NCBI GenBank assembly: GCA_964035545.1
Contig: OZ037769.1
Location: 16,894,633-16,958,632 of the forward strand
Reading direction: 5' to 3'
Length of the DNA stretch: 64,000 nucleotides
Source: Bugula neritina
Lineage: Eukaryota > Animalia > Bryozoa
Below, one piece after another: positions 24,801 to 38,200 of this stretch (position 1 is its first letter; each line of letters opens with the position of its first letter). Below the pieces are notes generated by a model, which was given only the letters and a program-made list of their open reading frames with translations, searched no databases and had not been told where the DNA came from. A program made the position numbers and the translations under genes.

Positions 24801-27800
24801 TTATTAACCAATTAGCAACTATAAACTTAAGTGGTTTCATTACATCTTGTAAAAGCTACTTCATAAGATTTATGTATACATTATATACGTAATCACAATG
24901 TTAGTACACACATGTTCTGTCTATTCAATTTAATATTCAAAAGATTATAAGTGTGTCGTTGGATTTATTTATCCTGGGATTTTCTCTTAGAAGTTGAAAC
25001 GCATTCTAATAGCCTATACACTAATATACTACTATATGATTATACTACTCACAACCTATATTATTTCTAGCCTATAATAATGACAGTTGATAATCACAGG
25101 TACATGTTATATAATGCAGATATACCTCTCCTTATCAACTAATATTCCGATGAAAATATTTGGTTGTTACCCTCAAATAGGAATAAGTATTTATAGAGCT
25201 GGTTGTATGCAATCAGTTTTGTGTATTCAGTTGGAGATATAATTAAGTGTGCCTTCATTTAAATTTTCAAACTATTTTAATGATTATGCTATAATATACT
25301 ATAGACACCTGAAACCATATTTATGCCATAAATAGTAAAAAAAGTTAGCTTTTTCCTTTTGCCAATTTGTTGATGTTTTAGAAGTGCCATCTTTTTTACA
25401 ATCAAAAAGAAGCTGTGTTGGTGTTTCAAGAAATGATATTTTTTAAAAATGGGTAAGACAAGAAAACAATAGACTAATAATACTGCCTTTGTGTCCCTCC
25501 AAGGGTTTGACAGTCAATATGAAATCATGGCCGACCACAAGATAAGTCACCACTCCAAGGATTAGGGCTATAATCTTAGCTGTGGTTTTCATACCACAAA
25601 TACTGAACTTAAACCAATTTGCTTCTGAAGAGGATTTTTTGCGAAAAATCATATCCTGGGAGACTAGTTGTCTCAGTTCTCTCAGGATACTCTGAACGTC
25701 TGCTTTTAGAACGGATTAGTAAAAAACCATCTGGCAGACTTGCACAGATGTCTGTCAAGAGAGCATGTTCAAATGTTGGAATTAATTTACACTGTTGTAA
25801 AATGAGAAACTTTGTCTTATCCCTGTTAGATATAACACAAATCTATATAAATGTCATTAAATGTTCATCTTCTTATAGAAGGTTTCTTTGTTTGGAGGTG
25901 TCAATTAATTTTTCAGTTTTACATAAACTATTATAATATTTCTATTAGAAAAACAATGGCAGCCAATTTAGATTTTTATTAAAAAGGGGATCAAGCAAAT
26001 GTAATTCAAATATTTTATATTTTCATTTATTATAATATACCCATTGCCCGATTCAGTTTTCTTAATTAAATTACATTTCCAAACCTTTTGCAGTCTCTGA
26101 GCAAAACACCAGTTTTACATTTATAATTAGTTATGTTGATGAATCTCTTCCCTGCTTGAGCATATTTGAGTCAAAGTTAACTGCGTGCAGGCAGTATCTT
26201 GATTATACGGTATATTTTTCAGTTAAATCAAAAGAAGTGACATTACCTTCACATTGAATTTTCTGTTGCAGAGGATCCATGTGACCCAAATCCGTGTGGT
26301 AACGGGATCTGTGCTACCGATGGAGACGGCAGAAGACGGTGTTTCTGTGCTGTTGGGACAATTCAAGACAGTGCAGGGCTGTGTAGATGTAAGTTTATTA
26401 TCAAATGACCTTTAACCTCATCTACAACAACCCTGAATGACTTTTAACCTCATCTACAATGAACCTTAAATGACCTCCAACCTTTCCTACAATAAACCAT
26501 GAGTGACCCTTGACCTTAACTACAATGATCCCTGAATGATCTTTGGCCTACCCTACCCATACCTACCCTGCATGAATGACCTTTAACCTTATCTGCAATA
26601 GACCCTGAATCACGGGCTTTCCATGGATCGATCTCAGATCGATCTTAGATCGATCTCAGCAAGATCGATCTGAGATCGTTACATGGAAAGCCGGTGATTG
26701 ACTATTAGAGCAGTTTGTTCTAAAACTACTTGTGTAAAACTAGCTTTTGCAGCTTTTTGATAGTTTTACGAATATAGATTTTTCTTCATATTTTCTTAAA
26801 ATAAAATACCATAGCCAAGAGAGTTAGTCTGCACTGTGACACTCAGTCATAGTGTCACAGATGATTAGAATATGTTGATTGTCACAGCTGACCCTTGTTT
26901 CCGTAACCCGTGTGGACGGGGCGGTAGATGTACAGCCCTAGAGGGAGACAGGTACAACTGCAGATGTAGTGGCGGACAGATCTTCAACGGCAAGACCTGT
27001 ATAGGTACATAACATAGTCATAGTTCTCTACATCTTATAGTCTTAGTTCTATTATGAGTTGGTAGATCTTTAACTTAGCATTGTGAGGGCAGTTGTGATT
27101 CTGCGAGATGGAAACGGACATTTAGCACAGTGCCATGAGAAAAGTTGAAAGTATACAGTAATGTTAAATAGCAATAAGAGTATAATTATTTCTATTCTAT
27201 ATACAATCTCAGGTTTTATGTATAACTTCCCTTTCCCCCTTCCCCCCTCTCATTTGTACCTCAGTATATTTCTTACTTGTAACAGCCTCCCTCCTAGTGA
27301 CGAACATGCCTCCTTCCCCTCTTCTCCCCTCTTTCATACTCCACCTTACTATGAAATCCTGTAATATTTTATCAATCTTTCAGTTATAATGATTCACCAT
27401 TGTTTAACATGTCATATATCAGGAAATTGAAATTGTTGGCATTGCTACAGCTCAACTCTGTTGCTATAGTTGTTAGGTTGGTTCTGTATGTATGTTCACG
27501 AATATTACACATACACATCACTCTGAGCTAATTACTTAGTAGTTATGTTTGTCATTTTGAATTATTGAGCTGCTTTTTCATAAAATAATGAACAATAGTT
27601 GCAGGATAAGCTTGAAGTTATGTCATAACGATATGTCCTTATATACTATCTGGTCCTTTTTAATGATGTTTTCTACTACTGGTAGTTGATATTATACAAA
27701 TTGTTAAAAAGAGTCAAGTAGAAGCTGATCACCCATTGAACTATTTTCCACTTGTAACATATAAATCTAATTGAACAGAATTATATTTGTTTAAAACTGA

Positions 27801-30800
27801 TTGTTTAGTGCGACATATTTTGCCCATGCATACTGTTATTACAGCATTTAGTAATATTATAAATATACATATATAGTCTCACGTTCTGTCTTACAGCAAA
27901 CACATGCGGTAAGCTGAGGTGTGGCGGCTCCAGGTGTGTGATAAGAGGCAGTACAGCCGTATGTGACTGTGCGGCTGGTACTAGGTTTGACGGACGTTCA
28001 TGCGTAGCAAGTAAGTAGCTCTCTGACTTTATATAATAAATAGATAGGTTCTAAGACTAGTAGACAAGACGTTCTAAGGCTATGTGTAGCTAGTAGACAG
28101 GTTCTAAGGCTATGTGTAGCTAGTAGACAGGTTCTGATATAGCAAAAAACTGTAATTCTGTGTGACATGAGCTGTAATGAATGTTATGTCTTCACTGATT
28201 GGACAAGCAGGTGTCCTGAGAGTCTCAACCCCTATTTGTTTATACTTGGACTATGTATGTGAAGTTTGAGGTGTAATAATACTTTTATACGATATTATCC
28301 TTTCTCTTCAGTTGATCCATGCAGAATACACTCCTGTGGTATTGGAGGTCATTGCAGAGTAGTCAATGATAAAGCTAATTGTCAATGTCGCCGGGGATTT
28401 GCCATTGATGTCAACACGAACTCTTGCGTCCCGGGTGAGTTGTTCCCCCTACCTCTACTAAACTAATTTTTTTGTTTAACAAATTCTCTAATTTAGATTA
28501 ATGGCTTTTTACGAGCAACTTTTAAAATACTTTTTTTTTTCTGTCTAATGTTTGAATTTTATCAGCCATATTTGCTATCTCTCTTCTATGAAATTGTGAG
28601 AGAGTTTATACAATAGAATGCTCTATTATCTAACTATGCTCTATACAATTTCTAAACAATCCTTGCAACAGAATATTTTGCGGGACCGGCACGTGCTCAC
28701 GGGCCGGCTCCAGGGCCGTCTGCAACTGTGACGCAGGTTTCAGGTTCGACAGCAGATTACGAACCTGTGTTTCTCTCAGTGAGTGTACCCCAGTCTATGT
28801 TTCATACTTAGTGACACCCCTTCTTTCCCCTTTCCTTCTCCCACTCATTAGTACCACAGCTTATTTCATACTTAGTGACACCCATCTCCCCTATTTGACC
28901 AGTTCCGTAATACTTGTGACACCCCTTCCCCCCTCATATTTCACTTTTATGATGTTTATGTTTCTATTAGCTGTGAGCAACACTTTATTAAATTACTTTT
29001 TCAGTTTGAATAGAAAATATTAATGCAAATTGCTTCCCTTCATTAGACTATTATATTAGTACACATTACCTTTAGTTTTAATTAAACATTTACAAGAGTT
29101 GGTATCACCTTTCGTCTGACACATTTTATAATTGGATTCTTTGTTATTTATAGTTATTAGCTAATTTAAAGATTTCCAGTTTTACTTAGGGAGCAGCCAG
29201 GGTTTAGGGGTTAGAGTGTTTGCCTAGTAAACACAAAGTCTTAAGTTCGAAACCTGACAAAGGCCATTGGTGATGTTAGGAAAAGCATCCAGTCATAATT
29301 GCCCCTGTGCCTCATCTGAATAAGTCCTTGGCCCAATTTAACAAAAACCCTTCCCATCAGGAGTTTCTCACAGGGATAGCGACTATAAACTTGTGTGAGT
29401 TTTTTATTATAGGCTCTCAAACTTTTCATTACCTCAAATTCTTCATTTCTCATCATTTTATATTACAAAAAACTGATTATGAAATAAAATAAGCATGGTA
29501 TATTCCACTTGATAGGTAATTCGGTATTGTAGTTAGTGCTATGTTCCGTAAGAGTTATATTCCCAGTAAATGTTCTGCAGATGATCCCTGCCAAGGTGTA
29601 GACTGCGGAGGAGGGAGCTGTATTACAATCAGAAACCAAGCAACTTGCAACTGTTTCAGCGGCTTTGTGCTTGACGCCAGACGGAACTTGTGTGTCTTCG
29701 GTAAGTGACTGCATCAGTTCTCATAATGTATCAGTTCCCATAATGCATCAGTTCCCATAATGCTTTTTCCCATAATGCCTTGTACCCATATTGCCTTGTA
29801 CCCACAATGCTCTGTTCCCACACTACTCTTCCCTAGTGATAACGATTACACCAGCTCGGGTGTTCTATGAAGCTTTCCCTTCTTGGGGTTGATAAGGTTG
29901 GTGAACATACAGAGTTTGTCAATTTGTTTTGAGAATTATCAACCCCTGTTCTATTCTTTATTCATTCCAAGCAAATGGAAACCTTCAGGAAAGTTTGGTT
30001 TTTATGCATGTACAAAAATCTAATAAAGTTTAAATAAGGAATTATTTTAATATTTTGCAAAATTCTAAATACTGAGCTGCGGATTTGATTCAACATGCAT
30101 CTTGCTAAATAAAATTTAAAATATGGCAGCAGATGCTATTCCTGTCTCCATCATAAATAAAGTAGTCCAAGAATAATTATTATTTATTACTGACAGTTCC
30201 AAATGTGGCCAAGTTGAAACATTTGAATTACGCTCAAGAGTGTCAATTATATAAATTATATCCAACTAGAATTTAAATATTAGACTCAAGTTGAGACAGA
30301 CCGCGCAGTGTGCCAAGGTCAAGGTAGCTCTTTCAAGTTGAAGGTATTTTGTCTGCCCTCGGAAAGGGAGTCCACTGGTTACTTCACAGCTCATACTTGT
30401 TGATACGTCACTATACTTGTTAATACCTGTTGATACTTTTTGATACCTCCATAATTGTTGATATTTTAATACTTGTTGCTACCTGTTGAAACCTCTATTC
30501 CTGTTGATACTTTCATACTTGTTGATACTTCGATATTATATTGCAGTCTTCACTGCCAAGAAAATTCTTTAGGTGCATTATGGGATGCGTCAATGCTCTC
30601 ATTGTTCTATCCACTCACTTGCCATCAGTTAATTAGAAATGCAGCTAACAGCAACCCAACTGCTTTTTAATTCTAATTTTTTGTTCCAAGATTTAGGTTG
30701 TTTGGTAAAATATTTTGTTTACGTAACTCAACGTAAAACACCTACTCAAATGAACACCTCAACCTGCCACAAAAACTTCATATATATTTCGTGATAATTT

Positions 30801-33613
30801 CTCATTCTTTTATGCACTTCCTAAAATTTTCTTTTGATACTTTGTTGGCAAAATTTATGACATAAAACAATTTTACGTTTGACCTGACCTATTTTGTTTG
30901 TGAGTCTATATTTCATTTTAAACAATTTGTCTTCTTTCATAAATCTAGATGATAGATGTGGGCTGTGAGGTTTAGGTTTGAGGAGGTTTGAGCTGTATAG
31001 TCTAATTCCAGATCTCCTCTACACCACTAGCCAAATGTCAGCTTTTACCTGCGTCAACCTGCACCCATACTCAGTCTAAATCTATTAGATCTGGTGTTTT
31101 CTTAGACTTTCATCCTACAGTATTTTAGTTAACGTGCTGTATCATTCACATCCCCCCTCGTAGAATAGCCACCCGAGAAATGCCCCCTATAGGATAGCTA
31201 CTCTTAGGTATTTTTTAATGCTATGTTACCTACGAAGTTATTTTATGGTCTCTGCTATAACTTTACCTACATGCAGCCTTTCCTGTGACAGCTAAACTTA
31301 TGTTTTGTATGACCTTCAGATCCCTGTGTCAAGGTCAAATGTCACTTCGGTACATGTGTACTAACTACAGTAGCCTTGGGTCTCGTAAGGGTTTCTTGTA
31401 GTTCTGGTAAGGTGGCTACTAGCTCCCCACAGCTGCTCAAACTTTAACACTTTTGTTAGTTTTGGTTTATATTCCATACTAATTACAGCTGCTTTTTGCT
31501 GCTAGACATAATGCTGTGATAAGTGTGAGCTTCTATGTGTCATCATCAAAGTGTAAAAGTATCACTTAATTAACAAATTACTGAAGTTGTTTAGCTCTTA
31601 ACATTCATAAAATAGTTCTACGTGACTTCTCATAATAAATTATGTGATTACGACTCATCATTAATTATATTGAATGTTTCAGCTGAGGGAAAATTTATGA
31701 CTTTTTTGTAGTGTTTATTACAAAGTACTTCAAAAATATGCCCTATTGGCTGAACTGCATTTAAGGAAAACTTTTAGATTTAAATTAACATGGGAAATTA
31801 AATAAACTTTAATAAAGATACTATAGAGCCATAATATTATAAAGTATGAAGTACATTATTATGTTGAGTATAATATTATATAGTATAATATTATGGCGTA
31901 TAGTATGGAGTATTGAATACACTACAGAGTATATTATTAGATAATAAATTGTACTAAACTTACCACATCTCATATAATTTAGAAGCTGCGACCACAATAC
32001 CCACCAGACCCACAATTCCCTTCACACCGACTATACCCTTCACACCCACAACTCCTCTACCTCCAGTTATCACAACCAGAAGGGGAAATAATCAACCGAC
32101 AGCAGAGTTGGGAGGACGGTGCACCAGGACTTCCTGTCTGTGTGATCATGGCTTTAGATTCGACACATCAACAGCCACCTGCCAAGGTGACGCTACTAAA
32201 TATAGCCTATAATTTCAGCTGGTGTGTTTGTAGAACTCATACTAATATTCAGATGCTACGTGTGTTATAGCTGTGGCTTCCATTGAAGAAGTAGAAGCCA
32301 GTTGCAGAGTTTTGAGTCTTGAGTTGCAGTAGCTTGTTTATCATTGTAGTCCTGAATCCTTGCCACGCTGCATCTTCACCAGATATAACTCAGGGTGTTA
32401 GAAGCAGAGCCCGCTCTGGCTGTCTTCGCAGTCCTAACTTTCCCAACAACTATCCCAATGACATATTTGATGAAGTTGCTATTCCCACTTTGGGCTTCTC
32501 AACTCTAACTTTTGTAATCCAAGAAATGCAGGTAAGAAAGCTATGATGAGGTGTTTCTTTGTTCAATTTTACTGGCTATGCAAAATATCAAAGCAATCTA
32601 ACTTGCTTAGTTTGGTTGTAAACGCTTATAAATACTTTGAATGAGCGGTTATTAGAAATAATTCAACATAGTTTTGACTTTTTTTCTAATTTTGTTCATG
32701 CCTAGCTATATTATAGCCAGTATTTATACCGAATTTCACAACGTATTTTCATGTCTGTGGTATGTAATAAATTAACCAATCGATTATGAAAGCATAAATT
32801 ATTAGTGGTTGTCTCCCTTGCACTTCAAATTTAGTTTTACTTCATTTTACATTCAAAATATTTTATTTTATTTTTAAATTTATGTTTATAATTTTAGTTC
32901 AAAATTTTATTTTAAAATAAAAATTATGATTTATAGCTATTTGTTGGATTAGTTCAATTATAATAATAGTAACACCACCTTATTATAAGTATTGAAATAG
33001 ATAAGTTTGTGTGTAATTGAAGATATCAGCAAGATCATACTCTTAGGGATCATTTCTATAGTATGAATCGCAAGGATCTCAACATCATTTTGAGTCCTGA
33101 CCCACACCACGATGACGACGAATAATGTCAGTTTCTGAGCGTGAAGCGGGCTTTGAGTGCTGCCATTTTAGGCAGCTGCTCTCTGCCATTGAAGACCGTT
33201 CTTCGTACATCTCTGTGTACAAAGAGGAAGCTGACATATTCTGAGTGGTTTCATAATAAAATATTAATAAAATAGTTGAACTTTGCCCCTCAATCCACTT
33301 CTCCTTTAAATTACGTTATGGTTTCAGTAAAGGCCGACACCATGACATAAGGTATTGCGTATTTAAAATTTTTGATCTGCTGTTCTTGTAGATTCAAAAG
33401 AGCGGTGTGGACACATTTGGTTTCGTCCAAAACACTTGTTTCCATGATTTTCTCTTCATAAATGGGCAGCTATTTTGTGGTTCGTTAGACTCGGAGGGAG
33501 CTCACCGACGTCTGACAGTGGATGTTAGAGGTCGAGAAGAAGTTGTCGTTGGGATGGCATCAGATGAGACAATTTCTTCTCGAGGCTTTTTATTAAAATG
33601 GGAGTTATCATAA
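21808..33613 (+). CDS. Secreted protein: signal peptide, 8-Cys WAP-like module, 5-6 EGF-like repeats, split EGF with Pro/Thr linker, C-terminal CUB domain
   Basis: Exons 21808-21843, 22389-22569, 26272-26388, 26888-27004, 27897-28010, 28312-28434, (28656-28778, non-canonical acceptor), 29581-29700, 31320-31406, 31983-32186, 32350-32531, 33392-33613. Signal MDSLFLFGVICMVLSGVAG. Phase 1-1 EGF exons such as EDPCDPNPCGNGICATDGDGRRRCFCAVGTIQDSAGLCR. CUB motifs LRSPNFPNNYPND, CFHDFLFING..FCG, SDETISSRGFLLKW. Linkage of the first two exons across the 3.7-kb intron is inferred from phase. Confidence 0.8.
23410..23528 (-). mobile_element. Degraded tRNA-derived SINE head
   Basis: Minus strand reads GGTAGTTGTAGTCTAGTGGTGAGA (A-box) ... 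GAGTTCAGTTCC (B-box-like). Confidence 0.4.
26611..26696. mobile_element. 86-bp minimal MITE of the same family
   Basis: 15-bp TIRs CACGGGCTTTCCATG / CATGGAAAGCCGGTG (1 mismatch), interior made of GATCGATCT palindromes, flanked by AT on both sides (possible 2-bp TSD). Confidence 0.75.
29190..29330 (+). mobile_element. Degraded tRNA-derived SINE head
   Basis: A-box-like GGGTTTAGGGGTTAGA (about 29200) and B-box AGTTCGAAACC (29244-29254) at tRNA-like spacing, followed by non-tRNA sequence; no intact cloverleaf. Confidence 0.45.
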
Positions 33614-35278
33614 GCAGCTCATTTAGAAAAAGTATTTCGCAATGAAAATTAGTTTTGTGCAATCAGAAATTTACAAAATTTCAATACACAGTAATGAAGT
33701 GTTAGTTGTTATGTTTGTATATAGTATTAGGTTATCGGAATTATGTATGTATATATTGATCACATTAAATTGGGGAGATAACAATTGGGATATAGTTATG
33801 CTTTTAGTTTATCAATAACAAAAATATGTGAAATATAGCTTTTATATCAAACTATTCTGTGTCTTGTAAAACTATAAGCTGCACTATAAGTAAAACTATG
33901 CTTATATAAATATGTATCGTTTAAAATTATTAGTGCAGGGAATATACTCTCAAGGTCATTGACCAACATTGTACGCCATTTGCCATCTAATCAGCTTGCA
34001 CAATTTCTATAATTTATATTTTCCAATTATTTTTAAACTGTAAAGGGGTTTGTAATAAATATATCCTTTATTTCTTGTATAATCTCATGTAGCTGTCTTT
34101 AGCCCATAGTTCTGCAACATCCATTGGATTCTGGAAAGGGGGTATGTACAAATATACATGTAGTTTCTTTAAATGTCTCAAATATATTGCTTTTAGCTTG
34201 AATCATTTAGAGAAAAGCCACATGCCAACAGGAAATACCTAATACATTAGGAATTAATTTCTTCAGTTGACTTTGTTTAGCCAAGATGTTGCTTTGACTC
34301 TGCGTAGTTTTCACTGTAAGCCGTTGCTAAGGGAGTGAGCCGTTGCTAAGGGAGTGGGCCGTTGCTATGCAACAGCAGAAGACTTGTTACATGACAGATG
34401 CTTGTATCACTGTATTTATTAGAAACATGGTTACGAAATATAACATTGTATTAATACACTGTAAATAATATATCTATTACTAATATACAAAAATAGCTGG
34501 TGATGAAATTCCCAATTTGGCCATTTTGGTCAATCGGAGAAAAATAAATAATAAATTTGGTTATTCACTTCAAGCTATCTGCTCTAAACACCAAAACAAC
34601 ATAATTAATCATAATATATAATATCACATTATATAACTACAATACATAATAATATCACATTATATAACTACCATGCATAATATCACATTATGCAACTATT
34701 TTACATATTATATTATGCTTACATGTTATGAAAGATAAGAAATAGAAACATAAAAACAATAAAAATTACCCTAATAAATGTTTGTAAACCAGTAATATCA
34801 ATGGTTAATATCAGCTATGTGGTAGCATGACCATTACAATGGTACAACAGGAAACAGAAACTAATATCAGTGGTTGAACAAGCATTGCAGAGGTACAAAA
34901 GCTTGCTATGTATAATAAAATGTCTCCCTTCAACTATGTACTACCAACATGTACTACCAACAACTACATTTGTTACTAATTAAGCGCAATGCTAACATCA
35001 CTATCGGCTTAATAATACTACGATAAAATATTATAACATTTATAAAATAACATAATTCAATAATGAGATTAAGAAATAGAATTGGAAGATCCTAGCAGTT
35101 CTTAGAGCCAGTCTGTCTAAATATAATCTCTGTGGGTATCTTTCTATAGTCTATAATTTCATATACAAGTTTCTAGATCCTAGACTAGCAGCAGATGTAA
35201 TTGTCTCCCCTGTAGAGAAATTACTTGAGCTGCTGGTTACTATGAGTATGCTGACAGCTGCCGGTGGGCGGAGTTTAC

Positions 35279-38200
35279 TCACCGCTGCGTGTGTGTATTA
35301 GCTAGCGTCGTCTCTATGCACAGCACAGCCAGCCTCGTGTCACATCTGTACAGCGATTTGTCCAACACCTGTCCCGTCAGGTACGAACTCGCTGCTCCCA
35401 CTTCTGAGCTCTCATTGGACGTCCAAGCCTGGCAGTAGGCTTCAGGGTCTGCCACGCCAGTCGAGCTGGCACCGTGCCAAAAGTGCTTCTTACTCCTTTG
35501 AAACACAACAATTCCAGTATCTCACTTTTTGCACCAACAAAACCTGATGTTCGTTCATCACGTACAAATAAATGAAAGCTGATTCTTGGTGAACTGTAAG
35601 TGTAATAATTCATGAGGCATAAAAATGTAAAAACTGACAAAAGATTTCTAAGGCTCTGACTCACCATATGCTGTCGGTGTGGATGTTGCTGCCGTTAAAT
35701 GTGTATATCGGCACATCAGCCGCCCAGAAGCCCTTCTCTCTGGAAACACCGGACCACGAGTCCAGCAATCTCTCTCCCTGCAAGCAGTTTCAACTCGTCA
35801 CGTCACTCAACAGGATGAGGAAACACATGACAATATACAGATGTATAACAGACAGACACAGTCCACTTGCATTCTCTCAATGTCTCACCAAGTGTGAGAA
35901 AATAAAAAAAATTATTAACCACTTAGCAGTGGTTGTAAAGATTCAAAAGTGACTTTGAGTTTGCAAAGAATTGCAACTTTTGATAGCAAAAATTCATTGT
36001 ATAAAATGCATCGCAAATTAGTGCCCCATTTGTAAAGATACAGTGTTAAGGAAAATATATCTTCTCCATAATTCTCAGTGAAATACATTTTTATTCTACT
36101 AACTATGTTTTGTGACTAGTATTCAAAATGTGAGCTGATGATAGAAATTTGCCAAGTTGTGCTAATTATAAAAATGTGCAATATCTGTTATTTCTTCAAC
36201 CAGGTGACATATTTACGATGTCCATGGAAACCTCACGATTCATAACAAAAAGTTATTCTAAATATTTACTAAGCACTTCCACATTTTTACTATAAATTCA
36301 TTCACATGACCTAAATAATTCCTACAGCTGGCCAACTTAGCAACTTCTCAACAATAATTCTATTCCGATCTTCTATCGTACTAAAGAGTTTATTTACTAT
36401 ATGACATCATGATGATGTCATCTTCTTCCTATATCCTTTAATTTTTAATTAATAAATAATTAACTGAGTTGAATAAATGAACTTGTTTATTGTTCCTATT
36501 TATTTACACCTGCCATTCCCTAATGCACTGAAGAAGCTTAAAGGTTTTTTTTCATAAGCATTAATCTCTTTTCAACTAAAACCAATGGTCTCTCAAGGAA
36601 TAAGTTCTACGCAACGAATCAGTGAGTTTCTTAGCCTGTGTACCTGACTATTAGCTACAGCCAAGTCCCGGTCTTTGTCAAAGACAAGAGAATCCACAGA
36701 CTGCAGTCTAGACGTGAGGACAGCTCGGAAAGTTCCGGAAATACCAGCTTCTCTGGACTGTTTGTAGCACAAGTAGTCTGCTCCGGAGACACCCCCTATC
36801 TCAGCACCACTTAGCGGAGTGTTCAGGGCATATAACCTCAGCTAAATAGAGAAATGAGGCTACAGTGAATAGACATTTAGCTACACAAAGATAACATCGT
36901 TTATTCTTTACTTTTCAGTATTAATTAAAGTGTAGATTCAATGCAGAACATGTTTCTGTCCGTATACTAGAAGAGGAAGTCATACTATGATGTCTAGATG
37001 ACAACCAAATGGCATAATATGACATTTAGTAGGCAAAGCCTCACTTTAAAGAAATTATGAAAACCCGACTTGAAATATTTTATAAAAAATTATAATGATT
37101 GCACACAACAAATTCACACATCTAAAATAGGGCATGCATTCATCCTGCAGCAAATAAACGACAAACATGAAACACCACACATTGGAAAGATAACTCCAGC
37201 CACCACATGTAAATATTATATAACAATATAATTATGTAAGTTAAACTTCTTTAAATTATAAACTAATCACGTTTTCTTAGTAAAGAGACAATACAGTTTC
37301 TGTTAGGCAAACCTTTGAGTCCGAAGTGATACAAGCTTCAAGTTTAAGGCTGAAATAAACTTATTAATAGCAGACTGTGACACCCAAGATTAAACACTAA
37401 ACTAAGGGAAGATAGACAAGGGAAACACAACACAGCATATGTGTCACAAACAGGGTGTCACGACACAGGGTGTCACAACGCATGGTGTCACGACATATTT
37501 AGCTCATATCATGTACCAACCCTTTCATATGGTTTTAGCGTAGACGTCTTTCGCTGTTAAATTAAATTTATACAAATTAAAAAGATAAACTGCTATAAAC
37601 TTTTCTATGATCTTTTGAAAATAGAAAATTGTTTTACTAAATAAGTATTTTAGCCTATGATAATGTGACTATGTAGTGGTGTGACTAAGTAGTGATGTGA
37701 CTATGTAGTGGTGTGACTATGTAATGATGTGATTATGTGGTGATGTGACTAAGAAATACTGACCAGACCAGAGACTTGCTGTTTCCCGGTGGCTGCCGCG
37801 GCATCCTTCATGTTTCTGATCGTAAAGTCTTGTAAGAAAGGAAGTGAGTTGGTCTCTCTCATCGGGATGGTTGGCCCAGTCTGTAACATAGTAGGAGATA
37901 GTGTGAAAAGCTGTGAGATGTTTAGAGATAATGTGAGACTCTGTGAGATATTATGAGATAATGTGAGAAACTGTTAGATATTATGAGATAATGTGAGAAA
38001 CTGTGAGAAGTTTAGAGATAATGTGAGAAACTGTGAGATATTATGAGATAATGTGAGAAAATGTGAGATATTATGAGGTAATGTAGGATAGTATAAAGCA
38101 ATCTGCAATATTAAATGACTATTATAATCCCTGACAAGGTTAGGCTGTGTCAAAGCTTATTGCTGAGTGCTAAAGGATTTAAATTCTTGTATCCTAAATT

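Noticed and set aside
29190-29265. Functional tRNA gene
   Set aside because: A/B-box-like motifs are present but I could not build a convincing cloverleaf; treated as a SINE relic.
36644-37553. Endostatin domain lacks the N-terminal Zn-binding histidines of mammalian collagen XVIII
   Set aside because: Collagen XV-type domains also lack this site, so it is not unusual.
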